Shown here one piece after another: positions 49,501 through 60,782 of a stretch of 64,000 nucleotides of DNA. Each line of letters starts with the position of its first letter. Position 1 is the stretch's first letter. The notes beneath the pieces were generated by a model that ran no database searches, was not told the origin of the DNA, and saw nothing but the letters and a program-made list of their open reading frames with translations. The position numbers were made by a program, and so were the translations under genes. The stretch lies in contig NC_067402.1 in NCBI RefSeq assembly GCF_016432865.1, positions 299,460,001-299,524,000 of the forward strand. Direction: 5' to 3'. The stretch is from Antechinus flavipes. Taxonomy: Eukaryota.

Positions 49501-50759
49501 AAACATTCGTTTTACAAGGTTTTGAATTCCCAAGTTTTCTCCCTCCTTCCTTCCTCTCCCCTCTTCTGAAGAGGAGATGCAGTTTGATCTTGTGTAAGGC
49601 ACAATTCAACATTAGTCACAGTGTGAAAGAGGAACATGATCCAAAGGAAATAATGAAAAAAGAAAAAACAATGTTTCCATCTGCATTCAGAGTCCGTCAG
49701 TTCTGTATTTTTCAAAATTATCAAGCGAGTACAAGCACTTAGAAATACTAAGATATTTGGTTACAAAAACCACCCCATTGGGGCTGGCTCTTCTGCTGAG
49801 CGGCTGTCCAGACCAGGCCTCCTTCCTGGGGCGATGTGACCTTAGAGGCCTGTAATCCCCCCTGGTGGGGCTGACTGGTACTGAGAGAGGAGAGAGAGTC
49901 AGGGAGCAAGTGATAGATCCCTCCGGGAGAGAGTCTAACTCGGAAGACTTCAGGAAATAATGGTCTGCGCTGCCTTCTGCCCTGGAAGTACTCCATGCAT
50001 GAACTTGCACATATTTGCGAAATTATTTGAAGTAGATTATGAACAGAGAATTCTTTATGGACACGTTAAATATGTTTACTTTTAAATAAATAAAAGAATA
50101 GCTTCTGCAATTGGAAAAGTGCTTATTCTTTTTCCCTTTCATCTCTGCCCTTGAATGGGGCGCGGAAGCGACAGTGATGGGGAAAGGAGGGAAGGGAAAT
50201 AGGCATTGATTGGGGACTCACTGTGTGCCGGGTGTAGAAGCGCAGGGTCCAAATACAAACACTGTAACCGTCTTTAAAAGACTCTTCACGATTTCTGGGA
50301 AGAGAGACAGGGGGTGGGGGCTAGAAGGAAGTCGTGGGGAAGGCGGTGGGGCTCTGGGCATAACGGGCTGTCCCCGCCCCCTCCCCCCAGCCTGGGAGAG
50401 AACTCCTCCCGATCCTCAGCCAGACCCTCGTGGGAAGGAACCGAGGGAAACAAGTCACACAGAGAGCGAGGTAGCAGCAGGACTAGAACTCGGCTCTTTT
50501 TCTTTTTTAAGGTAAAAATATTAGGGTTTGATCCACATTCAGTCTCCGTCGCTCTCTCTCCGGATGCCGACGGCACTTTCCGTTACAAGTTTATCCGAAC
50601 TGCCCTGAATCTCCCCATTGCTGAAAATGGCCAAGTCCGCCACGCCTGATACAATTGGGGTTAAGTGACTTGCCCGGGGTCACTCCGCTGGGACGAGTTA
50701 AGTGTCCGAGGCCAGATTTGAACTCGGGAGCTCCTGACTTCGGGGCTGGGGCTCTAACC

Positions 50760-51945
50760 ACTGGGCCGCCCACCTGCTCCCCCCCCCCCATAATCTTGCA
50801 GCTGCGGGCGGGGCTCTCCTGGTTCTCCCTGCCCTCAGCGCGAGTCCCAAGTCTCCGCAGGCTTCTCTGCGATCAGCCTGCTCAGCGTTTCTCCTAGACT
50901 CCTAATACTCTGTCCTGTCCCGCTCACGCGCCGCCGCTGGGCCGCCGAGCCCGGGATGGCGCCGCGCGGGCGCCCGCAGAGCTTCTTTTGCCCGAGGGCG
51001 GCGGGAGGCGGGATTGGCCGAGAGCTCCCGGCCCTTTCTCCCCATTTCAAAGAGCCTCTTTCTGACTCTTCCCCTGCAACGGCGCCGCTCAGTGGCCGCG
51101 CTTTGCATTGCGTCCTCACTTTTCCGGGGTTAGATTCCTTCCTTCCCTCGGGCCGTCGGGGAGGGGGAGGGGCCGCGGCGGCGCAGGCTCAGAGGGGCGG
51201 CCGCGGCGGCGCAGGCTCAGAGGGGCGGCCGCGGCGGCGCAGGCTCAGAGGGGCGGCCGCGGCGGCGCAGGCTCAGAGGGGCGGCCGCGGCGGCGGCGCA
51301 GGCTCAGAGGGGCGGCCGCGGCGGCGCAGGCTCAGAGGGGCGGCCGCGGCGGCGCAGGCTCAGAGGGGCGGCCGCGGCGGCGCAGGCTCAGAGGGGCGGC
51401 CGCGGCGGCGCAGGCTCAGAGGGGCGGCCGCGGCGGCGCAGGCTCAGAGGGGCGGCCGCGGCGGCGCAGGCTCAGAGGGGCGGCCGCGGCGGCGGCGCAG
51501 GCTCAGAGGGGCGGCCGCGGCGGCGCAGGCTCAGAGGGGCGGCCGCGGCGGCGCAGGCTCAGAGGGGCGGCCGCGGCGGCGCAGGCTCAGAGGGGCGGCC
51601 GCGGCGGCGCAGGCTCAGAGGGGCGGCCGCGGCGGCGCAGGCTCAGAGGGGCGGCCGCGGCGGCGCAGGCTCAGAGGGGCGGCCGCGGCGGCGCAGGCTC
51701 AGAGGGGCGGCCGCGGCGGCGCAGGCTCAGAGGGGCGGCCGCGGCGGCGCAGGCTCAGAGGGGCGGCCGCGGCTCCTTGTAGGACTCAGGCAGAGCGAGC
51801 GGATGGGGAGCCGCAAGCCTCCGCTTCGTTCGCGACCACTCCTGTCCTCCTCCAGCCTCTCTTTTGTCTGCCCCCGCCTCCCCTCCCCTGCCTGTTTCTG
51901 TGTAATCCTTTCTCCGTACAAATGGAGAATCTCGGTTTGAAAGGG
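50760..51945. promoter_or_regulatory. CpG-island-like segment containing the minisatellite
   Basis: Very high CpG density relative to the AT-rich flanks. The associated gene, if any, is not identified. Confidence 0.55.
51170..51772 (+). repeat. GC-rich minisatellite, 28-bp unit gcggcggcgcaggctcagaggggcggcc, about 21 copies
   Basis: Near-perfect tandem units; two 31-bp variants with an extra GGC (about 51288 and 51483). One NotI site per unit. Confidence 0.95.
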
Positions 51946-53159
51946 GCTCCAGCACCACGGGGGAAGAACGTCTCCCTCCCCCAAGCTTCCTTCCCTTGTC
52001 AGTTGTCGGGTCCCACTCTCCTCCTTCAGCTCACTAACGCCGGGCTCCTCTCCCCGTTCCCGGCGCCCCGGAGGTCCCAAGGTCGCTCTCTGCCCTCTGC
52101 CCTCTCTCCTCTGACTCTGACCCTGCCCCCCTCCTTCTCTCCTACCTGGGCTGTTATTACACCTGCTGGGGGGTGGGGGGCACAGTGGTCTGTCTCTCTG
52201 AAGTCTCCCTCCTCCCCAGGTCACCTCTGACCTTTCTGAACCTCAGGTCTGAGCCTCCCACCGCCCTGTTCAATCAACCGCACAGACTGTTCCCTTCAGG
52301 AGAAAATATCCGATAAGGATCCCCCTCACTAAGGGCCAGACACTGCGCCAGTGCCTTATAAATACTGGCTTTTCTGATCCTCACAACCACCCTAGGAGGT
52401 ACTTGCTTTTTATTATTCCCATTTTCCACATGAGGAAACTGAGGCAAACAGCAAAAGTGACTCGCTCAGGATCACCGCAGAGGTCGGATCTGCATTCTAG
52501 TCTTCCCGAGTCCGGGCTCAACAAAAGGCTCTTTGCTCGGACTTAGCAGCAAAATGACAGGCGGGACTATCAAGTCGCATGGCCAGGCGCTCTGGGGCAA
52601 TTGCCAGTATCTTTATCTTCCTTCAGAAAGAAACGGGGACTGGTTTGAGCTGAGCCATGGACGGTGGGTGAGAAACGCTTGCCCTGCTCTGCAAGACCCC
52701 CTGGACTTGGGCTATATGTCCAGAAGACCACCTCGTTGGGTTTACAAAAAGTTCCCAGTATTGTTTAATAACATAGAGCTGGAAAACTACAACTTTGTTC
52801 CTGTTTGGGGGGGGGGGTCGTCTCTTTGGCTTTTAAAGCTCCTTATGACCTAGCTCCTCTCTCACTTTTCAGTCTTATCTCAGCCTTCTTCCCCCCCCCC
52901 AACTCCGTAATTCTCTGATGCAGTGAAAATGGCCCCTTGCTGTTCCTGTACATCACACTCTGCCTCCAGGCTCCTGGCCTTCTGTAGTAGCTGTGCCCTG
53001 TGGCCAGAATGCCCTCCCTCCCATACCCCCTCTGTTTCTCTGGCTCCTTCAAGTTGTAGGGGAGTCCGACCTCCTGCAAGAAGCCTTTCCTATCCTCCTC
53101 AACCTAAAGCTTCTCTTCTGAAATCCCAGCTAATTCATCCCGTTTTCTCATGCCGTCAA

Positions 53160-53625
53160 TGAAAGGTTTTAGACCACATATAATCAGTGTAAAGTTTTAG
53201 ATAACATACACAATGTTAGGTTTTATGCCACATACAAACCATGTAAGGCTTCAGACTACAACCAATATAAGGCAAACAGTGTAAGGTTTTAAAAAACATA
53301 CAATTAGTGTAAGGTTTTAGACAACGGTTGGGCCAGAACTCTGAACTTGAAAGGATTCTTACAAGATACTATGTCAGTGGAATTGATAGAGACAATAGTT
53401 ATGTAGTTTAGCATGGTTCGGTATGATAGATTTAATCTTACATCAAATAATGGTTTCCTAGTGATATAACAATGATTGGTTTATACTCAGTATAGAGCAC
53501 ATAAGCTAGGAGCCTTAGCTAGGATTTATTCGGAGAGATTCAGCGGGGAACTCTCAGATTCTTCTTCCATCAAAGCGCCTTCTCTGCTATGTCAAAGTTT
53601 TTCTTGTGAACAACCATCAGGTTCT
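53160..53625. mobile_element. LTR-like segment with degenerate ~30-bp internal repeats
   Basis: Repeated gtaaggttttaga-c-acatacaa motif. Shares ccagaac...acaag-tacta-gt...aattgat with the 3045-3269 element. Marks the end of block C homology. Confidence 0.45.
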
Positions 53626-55834
53626 CCATGGATTCCCTGAAACATCCAGCTTAGCCAGTATAGAGCCCAAGGTTCTTTCTATCATATTTCCTCTTTTAAG
53701 CTTAACACTTGGTGGTTGGGAATTACCAGGCAAACCAAGAAAGTAGGTGTGTTTCTGTCTTCCTGGACAGGGCTGGAGTGAAGGATCAGAGGGGATAGGA
53801 AAAATGTGTGAAAGCATTCCCTATGAAGATTTATCTTGTTACCTTTTCTCTGGGAGGGAATTCCCTTCCTTGTAGATGACTTAGAGGCAGGAGAGAGAAG
53901 CAAGTACATCCCAAGCTGGATTTTTCTCCACCAGGAGCAGACAAAGGCTTAGGGGATAAGAAACAAACAAGAAAGAGAGAATAAACAGTAGTATTCCCCA
54001 CTGTGGGAATGGTCTTAGGAGAAAAAGGGCCACCAAACTGACTGAGCCTTTTTTCCTAGGGCCCATCAGCATAGAGTGGGAACATGGCCAATCTTGGCTT
54101 AAGATGGTGTGGGCAGTAAGGTCCTGACATACAAGTTATCTGAAAGAGGAGAAGATCTCAAAGCCATAGAGAACATTTCAGGCCTTCTTAATGCCAAATC
54201 CAGCAAGAATGACTGGGCATTTTGTCCCAGAGCTCTTCTATCTAAACAAAGTCTTGCAGGGATTCATTTCTGCATGGATAGAGTCTTCAAGGAGATCATT
54301 GTTTAGAGGAGAGTAGGCAAGTTTTCACAAGAATATTCTATAGCTCTTTCCCATCCCACAAATAGCATTTGTTTCAACAGAACCAAATACCCCCTTAGAT
54401 CTTTTCTAGCCTCCATGGGCTCCAACCCAAAATCAAAGTCATTCAAGATTAAGTGAAGAAAACTCAGAAATTGCTATGTCTAATGACTCTGCTAATAAGT
54501 AGACATAAAACAAGGAGAGAATTTGACCCATGATTGGGGAGTGGGGATCCAGGAGCAAACCCCAGCTGAAGGGGAAAGTTCTTTGCCAATGTTGGTGTTC
54601 TCCAGAGGCTGCACTTGGTGGGGAATAGAATGTTAGGGACTCACAGATAGCACCTGTAATCACTCTTAGTTCACTGTGCCGTCCTCACAGGAAAGCTAAG
54701 AGCTTCCTTCAACAGTGGATTGTGTAGCTTTCATGTGCATTTACATTTGAATGGAGCCCAAAGTGCTTCTGCTTCCTGGACATACAAAGCACAACAGCTT
54801 CAAATCTGGAGTTTGAAAGAGGCTTATTATCTTCTTTTTATTTAGGAAAGAGAAAAGCTTTTATAATAAAATTAGTCCTGAGCCTCTCCCATAATAGCAA
54901 AGACCTATCATTCCCATACTGATATTTTGCTATTGTTGCTGTTAAATAACAAGACATGGAAGCAAGGAATCACGTAACCGGAATGCAAAAATGACTAGTG
55001 ATGTAGAAAAAAAAGGAGAGATGATAGTTAGAGGAAGGGTTCTAAGGCTTCCCTTGAATCTCCCCAACTCTGAATTTAGGAAAATGTGAAAGAGTGCAAT
55101 AGGATAGACATAGGGGTTAGCATACATCGTCATTGTTGGAGGGAAACCTTGAATCATGAAATCCCAGATCCATTCAAGTATCTAAAAATGTGAGTATGGA
55201 CAAGTTCAATACCAATACAACAATGCTCTTTAATTTAGGCCACTGGACTAGATATAGTACTTGACATTATTATTGTTCATTTTTTTTTTAGGATTTAAGA
55301 CATGAATTTCATCTCTGGCTTTCTACTTAACTTATTCTGAAGTTGGGATAGGGATGGAGAGATACAATCCACAACGGTCCCTTGTGTTCCCTGAGGCATC
55401 TGTGACAGTCAAAACTCTGTGAGCTTCTTATCCATCCTGGATAGTGCACTAGGAAATGAGGAAGACAATCCAAGTTGTTATGATTCAGTGTTCCCCACAG
55501 CCAGTCACCTGGAATCTACAGTACAATGTCTAGGATCTATAATTGTGCTCTTCTCTAAGAGCCAGGCCACTCTAAGTCACTGCTGCTCCAATACAGAGAA
55601 AAGGAGACCAACTGGATTTTCCTCCGGAATTTGACCCAGCTTTAATGCTGAAGAGACTCATCATGTACTTCATTTCCAGAATATTGAATATAAACTTAAG
55701 AAAACTGAGTGAAATGGGGAAGAACTTGAAGCTGCTTCTTCAGCAAATTCTCTTAAAAAGGAAAAGAGTTATTAAAAAAAAGTTTGCCATTTTTACAGTC
55801 AAAGGTTCTGATAAAGGCCTCATTTCTTTTTCTT

Positions 55835-55865
<31 letters not shown>

Positions 55866-55959
55866 GGAAACCTCAAACTTTATTTTCCCTGCTGCAAATC
55901 TTTGAAACAGGAGATTGTTTAAAATTGTTAAAATATTTTAGCACCACATTTTCTTTTTT

Positions 55960-56965
55960 TTAAGTAACTTTTTATTGATAGAACCAATGCCAGGGTAATT
56001 TTTTACAGCATTATCCCTTGCATTCACTTCTATTCTGATCCCCCCGCCCCACCGCCTCTCCTAGATGGCAAGCAGTCCTTTACATGTTGAATAGGTTACA
56101 GTATATCCTAGATAATATGTGTGCAGAACTGAACAGTTTTCTTGTTGCACAGGGAGAATTGAATTCAGAAGGTAGAAATAACCCAGGAAGAAAAACAAAA
56201 ATGCAAGCAGTTTATATTCATTTCCCAGTGTTCTTTCTTTGGGTGTAGTTGCTTCTGTCCATCTTTGATCAATTAAAGCTCTCTTTATTAAAGAGATCCA
56301 CTTCCATCAGAATACAGCCTCAAACAGTATCGTTGTTGAGGTATATAATGATCTCCTGGTTCTACTCGTTTCACTTATCATCAGTTCATGTAAATCTCGC
56401 AGTCCTCTCTGTATTCATCCTGCTGGTCATTCCTTACAGAACAATAATATTCCATAACATTCATGTACAGCAATTTACTCAACCATTCTCCAATGGATGG
56501 GCATCCTTTCATTTTCCAGCTTCTAGCCACTACAAACAGGGCTGCCACAAACATTTTGGCACATACAGGTCCCTTTCCCTTCTTTAGTATCTCTTTGACA
56601 TATAAGCCCCGTAGAGACACTGCTGGATCAAAGGGTATACACAGTTTGATAACTTTTTGAGCATAGTTCCAAATCGCTCTCCAGAATGGCTGGATGTGTT
56701 CACAATTCCACCAACAATGTATCAGTGTCCCTGTTTTCCCACATCCCCTCCAACATTCCACATTATCTTTCCCTGTCACTCTAGCCAATATGACAGGTGT
56801 GTAGTGGTATCTCAGAGTTGTTTTAATTTGCATTTCTCTGATTAGTAATGACTTGGAGCATCTTTTCATATGGCTAGAAATAGTTTCAATTTCTTCATCT
56901 GAGAACTGTCTGTTTATATCCTTTGACCATTTATCAATTGGAGAATAACTTGATTTCTTATAACT
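55960..56965 (-). mobile_element. L1 3' end (ORF2 C-terminal cysteine-rich region plus 3' UTR)
   Basis: Antisense ORF 56381-57001 encodes IREMQIKTTLRYHYTP...CWRGCGKTGTLIHCWW, a hallmark of L1 ORF2. Confidence 0.92.
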
Positions 56966-58107
56966 AAATAGCTTTGTGCTCATGCAGCTATATACCTGCA
57001 CAAGGCAAAGTGAATGTAAAGGAGTTAGAGTGAATGATCTCTATGTTTTATGAGCCTTAAAGTTCTATACAAATGTCTGTTGTTATCGTTGTTGCCGTCA
57101 TTGTCGTCATTACCCAATCCAAAATTCTGTGAAATGACATGATGGATCTCACAGCTCTTTCAGACCCTCAAAGTAATAAAATAACCGTGAGGGTATCACT
57201 TGCACATTTTTATTCTCCAGGTTTGTTTTCCAATCTAAAGCAAAGGCCAAACAAGTCTTGCTCTGGAGTTCTGAGGAAGGACCCACTCAAAGAGGTTTGG
57301 CACGGGCCAGGAAAACAACGTGAAACAAGTCTGCCTGAAGTTTAAGGAGATCGGAAAACAAGCTGAAAGTGGGGAGGGACTGCGGACTCGCAGGCGGCTG
57401 TGGCTGCAAGGAAAAGGCGAGGTTGCCCAGAGTCATTCTGGGGAAGGATGGAGGGAACAATGAAATTTGGAGGTGCAAACAGAAAGAGGAGTGACCATGA
57501 GGAGTTCCGGGAATGAGTGGGGTTTAAAGTGCGGATTAGGCAAAGGAAAGCCAGAGTGACAAAGCCTGCTTTTTTCCCCTTGGGCCTGCAGGACGGAGGA
57601 CTTTAGCACGCACTATCTTTTGGTGCAGAAGCACTGGCTCTTGGACCTTCCTGCTTACCTCAGAATCTCAGGGGCAGAATTACCCTGGCCCCAGGCTACA
57701 TCGTGGGGCTGGGGCCAATAACGCTTGTGGTACTTGTAGGGCTTCCCCGAACTCCTAAGGGTGGGGTGTCCTGAGCTCCCAAAACACGGCCACGCGGGAT
57801 GCTCAAAGCTCGGTCAAGGGTAGGCTAGCGTTCCCTGAGGTGCTTGCAGTGAGGGGTGGGGCTCCCCAAATCCTTTGGGGGTGGAGCTTTCAAAATGAAG
57901 TAAATTACTCCCATCCCGAAAGAGTGGGCGTGTGGTTCCGGGGAGTCTTTGTTGCATAGGGGCGGGGTTCTCCAAATCACCTGGGGTTCTCACAAGCCCT
58001 GGCAGTACGCAGGAGGGGGGCCTCTACTTCTCTGCTTCTGAGGAGTTCCGCCCTTAAAGACTAGATCTGAATGCGAACTGAAGAGGTAACTTTACAGTTC
58101 CGAAAGG

Positions 58108-58783
58108 GTATGTAGAGGCCAGCTCTCAGTTAACAGCAATGGGGTGGGTGGCAAGTAGACCCCAAGTTAGTGCCATCTTGGACTGCATTAATGCGGGAGG
58201 CATTGATCGAGCTCGGCTCCTCATGGGGCCGGATTAGTGCGGGCAGTGCCGCTGGGCTCGCCTCCCCTGTCCCCAGCTTAGCTACCCGAGCCCACACACT
58301 TTAGGTTGTATCATTGCAGGTTCAGATGGGGGAGCCCAGTTTGCAGCCAAGCCAGCCAGAGACTCTCGGCACCTTCGATGCAGGAGCTGCAGACCCTGCA
58401 GCTGCCCAAGCCCAACCCATTTGGGCTACGTTACTGTGGAGGCGCATGGCTTGCAGACATAGTTAGCACTATTCTTGCCTCCTAAGATCCTTCCGAATTG
58501 ACCCCGGGGTCTTCTGGGTCCCGGGGTTTGAGAAGGGCCCCAGTAAATAAGAGAGTTGTCCTGGAGAGGTCAGCCAGAATAGAAGGGCCTGGAGCCCACA
58601 TGTTCTAATGGGTTTGGAATTGGCCAGAAGAGCCAGGGGATTCAGAGATTTCCCGTATCTAAAGTTCTGTCACTGAGGCTGGAGGCAGGAGGAAAGTTTT
58701 CCTTCTGGAAGGTGACCTCCTGTGTAATGGGCTGATTTCTTGCAGCCTGTAAAGTGATTAGATTCCACTTAAGCCCTTTTCAG
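58108..58783 (+). other. Predicted 5' UTR intron of copy 5
   Basis: AGG|GTATGT donor; cccttttcAG|ttctcATG acceptor. Confidence 0.55.
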
Positions 58784-58788
58784 TTCTC

Positions 58789-59415
58789 ATGGCTTCTTGT
58801 GCCCATACCTCCATAGGTGATCCAGACAGAAGCAGAACCAAGATGTATAAGTTGGTGGTGATGGGTGCCTGTTGTGTGGGCAAGACTGCACTGACCATTC
58901 AGTTTACTGAGAATCATTTTGTGACTGAGTATGACCCCACCATCCAAGATTCCTACCTTATGCACTCAGTGGTAGATGAAGAGCCGTGCCATCTGGACAT
59001 CGTGGATACCACGGGCAATGAACAGTTTTACCCTCTGAGGAACCAGAACGCACGCTGGGGAGAGGGCTTCCTCTTGGTCTATGCAGTGAATGACCCCCAC
59101 TCTTTTCAGAATGTGAATTTCTTTTGGCACTATCTGCGGAGAGTCAAGGGCACTGACCGTCTACCCGTGGTGTTGGTGGCCAACAAAGTCGACTTGTCCG
59201 ACAGACTAGTGGACCCCACATTGGGCCAGGAGGTGGCCAGGAGATTTGGAGTCCCTTATGTGGAGACATCAGCCAAGACTGAACATGGTGTGGAGCAAGC
59301 CTTCCATGAGCTGGTTCGTGAAATTCGGAGGCTGCGAGCTGAGGAGGAGCTCAAGAGTCACCCCAATACTGAGCAGAGGGAGGCCTGTAGGTGCAAGTGT
59401 TGCACAATCCAGTGA
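58789..59415 (+). CDS. Ras-like GTPase copy 5 (208 aa, CaaX CTIQ)
   Basis: G1 GACCVGKT, G2 YDPTIQDSY, G3 DTTGN, NKVD, ETSAK; C-terminus CRCKCCTIQ. Confidence 0.93.
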   Translation: MASCAHTSIGDPDRSRTKMYKLVVMGACCVGKTALTIQFTENHFVTEYDPTIQDSYLMHSVVDEEPCHLDIVDTTGNEQFYPLRNQNARWGEGFLLVYAVNDPHSFQNVNFFWHYLRRVKGTDRLPVVLVANKVDLSDRLVDPTLGQEVARRFGVPYVETSAKTEHGVEQAFHELVREIRRLRAEEELKSHPNTEQREACRCKCCTIQ

Positions 59416-60159
59416 GCAGGTACACTCTTACCCTGATCCTGCCCCCTAATTCCCCTCTCACCTGGCCTAGAATACCTCCAAAGCCTCCAGTCACTCCCTA
59501 TCTTTCAAGACTTTCATCTGGACCCTTCCTTCTGCTGCTCTTCACTGCCAAGCCCTTTTGGGCATTTTCAGGATTTCTCCAGGAGCCTCTTGGAGGGACC
59601 TGTCTGCATTTCTCTGTAAAGAGAGTTGTGTTGGATTTTTGCTTTTGTTTCCCCTTTTGAGCAGGAATGACTACCTCACTACCTGGGTATCTCAATAGGC
59701 AAGAAAAGACTCCATTCCTTCCCCGGTGCTCAGCCTCCCCTGGCCAGATGCCCCAGAGACAGCCAGCTCCTGGGAGGCTTTCTGTCTAGTCTGGCCCTAA
59801 TCTGCTGCAGCTTCCTCAGCCTTCCTGGAGCTGTGTGTGGGATTTTCTTTATTGGGCTTTCCCCTGCTCCCCCAACTGGGACTCTGCCTCTGGAGACAAG
59901 GGCACAAGTGATTCTCCCTCATGATTCTCCCTCCTGCTCCTGGACTTGGTGTATCTGCTGTCTGGAGCCAGGACACCACCTGTTGTTGGCCCAGAAGACC
60001 TTGTTTGTGGTGTTGGTGAGAAGCCCTGCTCCGAACTGGTCCCCATTCAGTGACCCTCAAGGTCAGACTTGGGGGATATGTGGTTTTTTTTTTTTTTTTG
60101 GTTACTCACATGGATTGTGTGTACTTGTTCTCAATTTGCATATCATCTGGAGCACTCTT

Positions 60160-60325
60160 TTTTTTTTTTTTGTTTGTTTTCTTGTTTTTTTTTTCCCCTT
60201 TCTTTCTTTTTTTGCTGAGGCAATTGGGGTTAAGTGGCTTGCCCAGGATGTCTCATACAAGATTTGACATTGGTCTTCCTGCATTGGGGGCTGGTGCTCT
60301 AGCTGCTGTGCCATCTACTTGCCTC
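60160..60325 (-). mobile_element. SINE in 3' UTR of copy 5
   Basis: T-tail followed by antisense SINE; target-site duplication tctggagcact on both sides. Confidence 0.8.
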
Positions 60326-60776
60326 TGGAGCACTTTCAATAGCAGTGAGGGGTTTGGGTGGAATGGGGCTGCCTCCTACCAGCATAATGCCTTTAGGCTT
60401 AAGTGCCATTAAAATTATAATTTCTGTTTTAGCAGCCAGATAAAACCCTTTAGACGTTGCAAGTTGCATTACTTTAATTGTCTCCCAGAGAAATGGAGTG
60501 GAGGGGCTTGGCTGTAAATGTTCTGAGCCAATACCTCACAGCTTTAGATCAGGTGAGAGTCTGCTTAGGAGCCTTCTGACAGGGATATCTTTGTACCTCA
60601 GGATTTATGGTGAAAAGGGCAGTGGGTGATTCTCCTGTTTCAGTTAAAATCATTAAGGATTTTAAAGTTAACTGTTTGGGGGAGGGATTGAGTAGGAAGA
60701 GGAATTCATTTTAAAGAGACTTCCTTCACACTTGGATTCAAAGTCTTTTGTTTTTCTTTTTCTGGGATTTCTTACA

Positions 60777-60782
60777 AATAAA
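60777..60782 (+). terminator. Poly(A) signal of copy 5
   Basis: AATAAA plus GT-rich element. Confidence 0.6.

Noticed and set aside
51170-51772. CRISPR-like array
   Set aside because: No unique spacers, and the context is eukaryotic; this is a minisatellite.
50956-52230. 424-aa and 224-aa Arg/Gly/Ala-rich ORFs
   Set aside because: The 28-bp unit has no stop codon on the + strand and cycles through all frames, so long ORFs arise automatically.
56381-57001. 206-aa ORF as a host gene
   Set aside because: It is the L1 ORF2 C-terminus.
7388-59415. Array as a haplotype or assembly duplication artefact
   Set aside because: Copies are only about 74% identical in protein (copy 1 versus 5) and carry distinct insertions and deletions.
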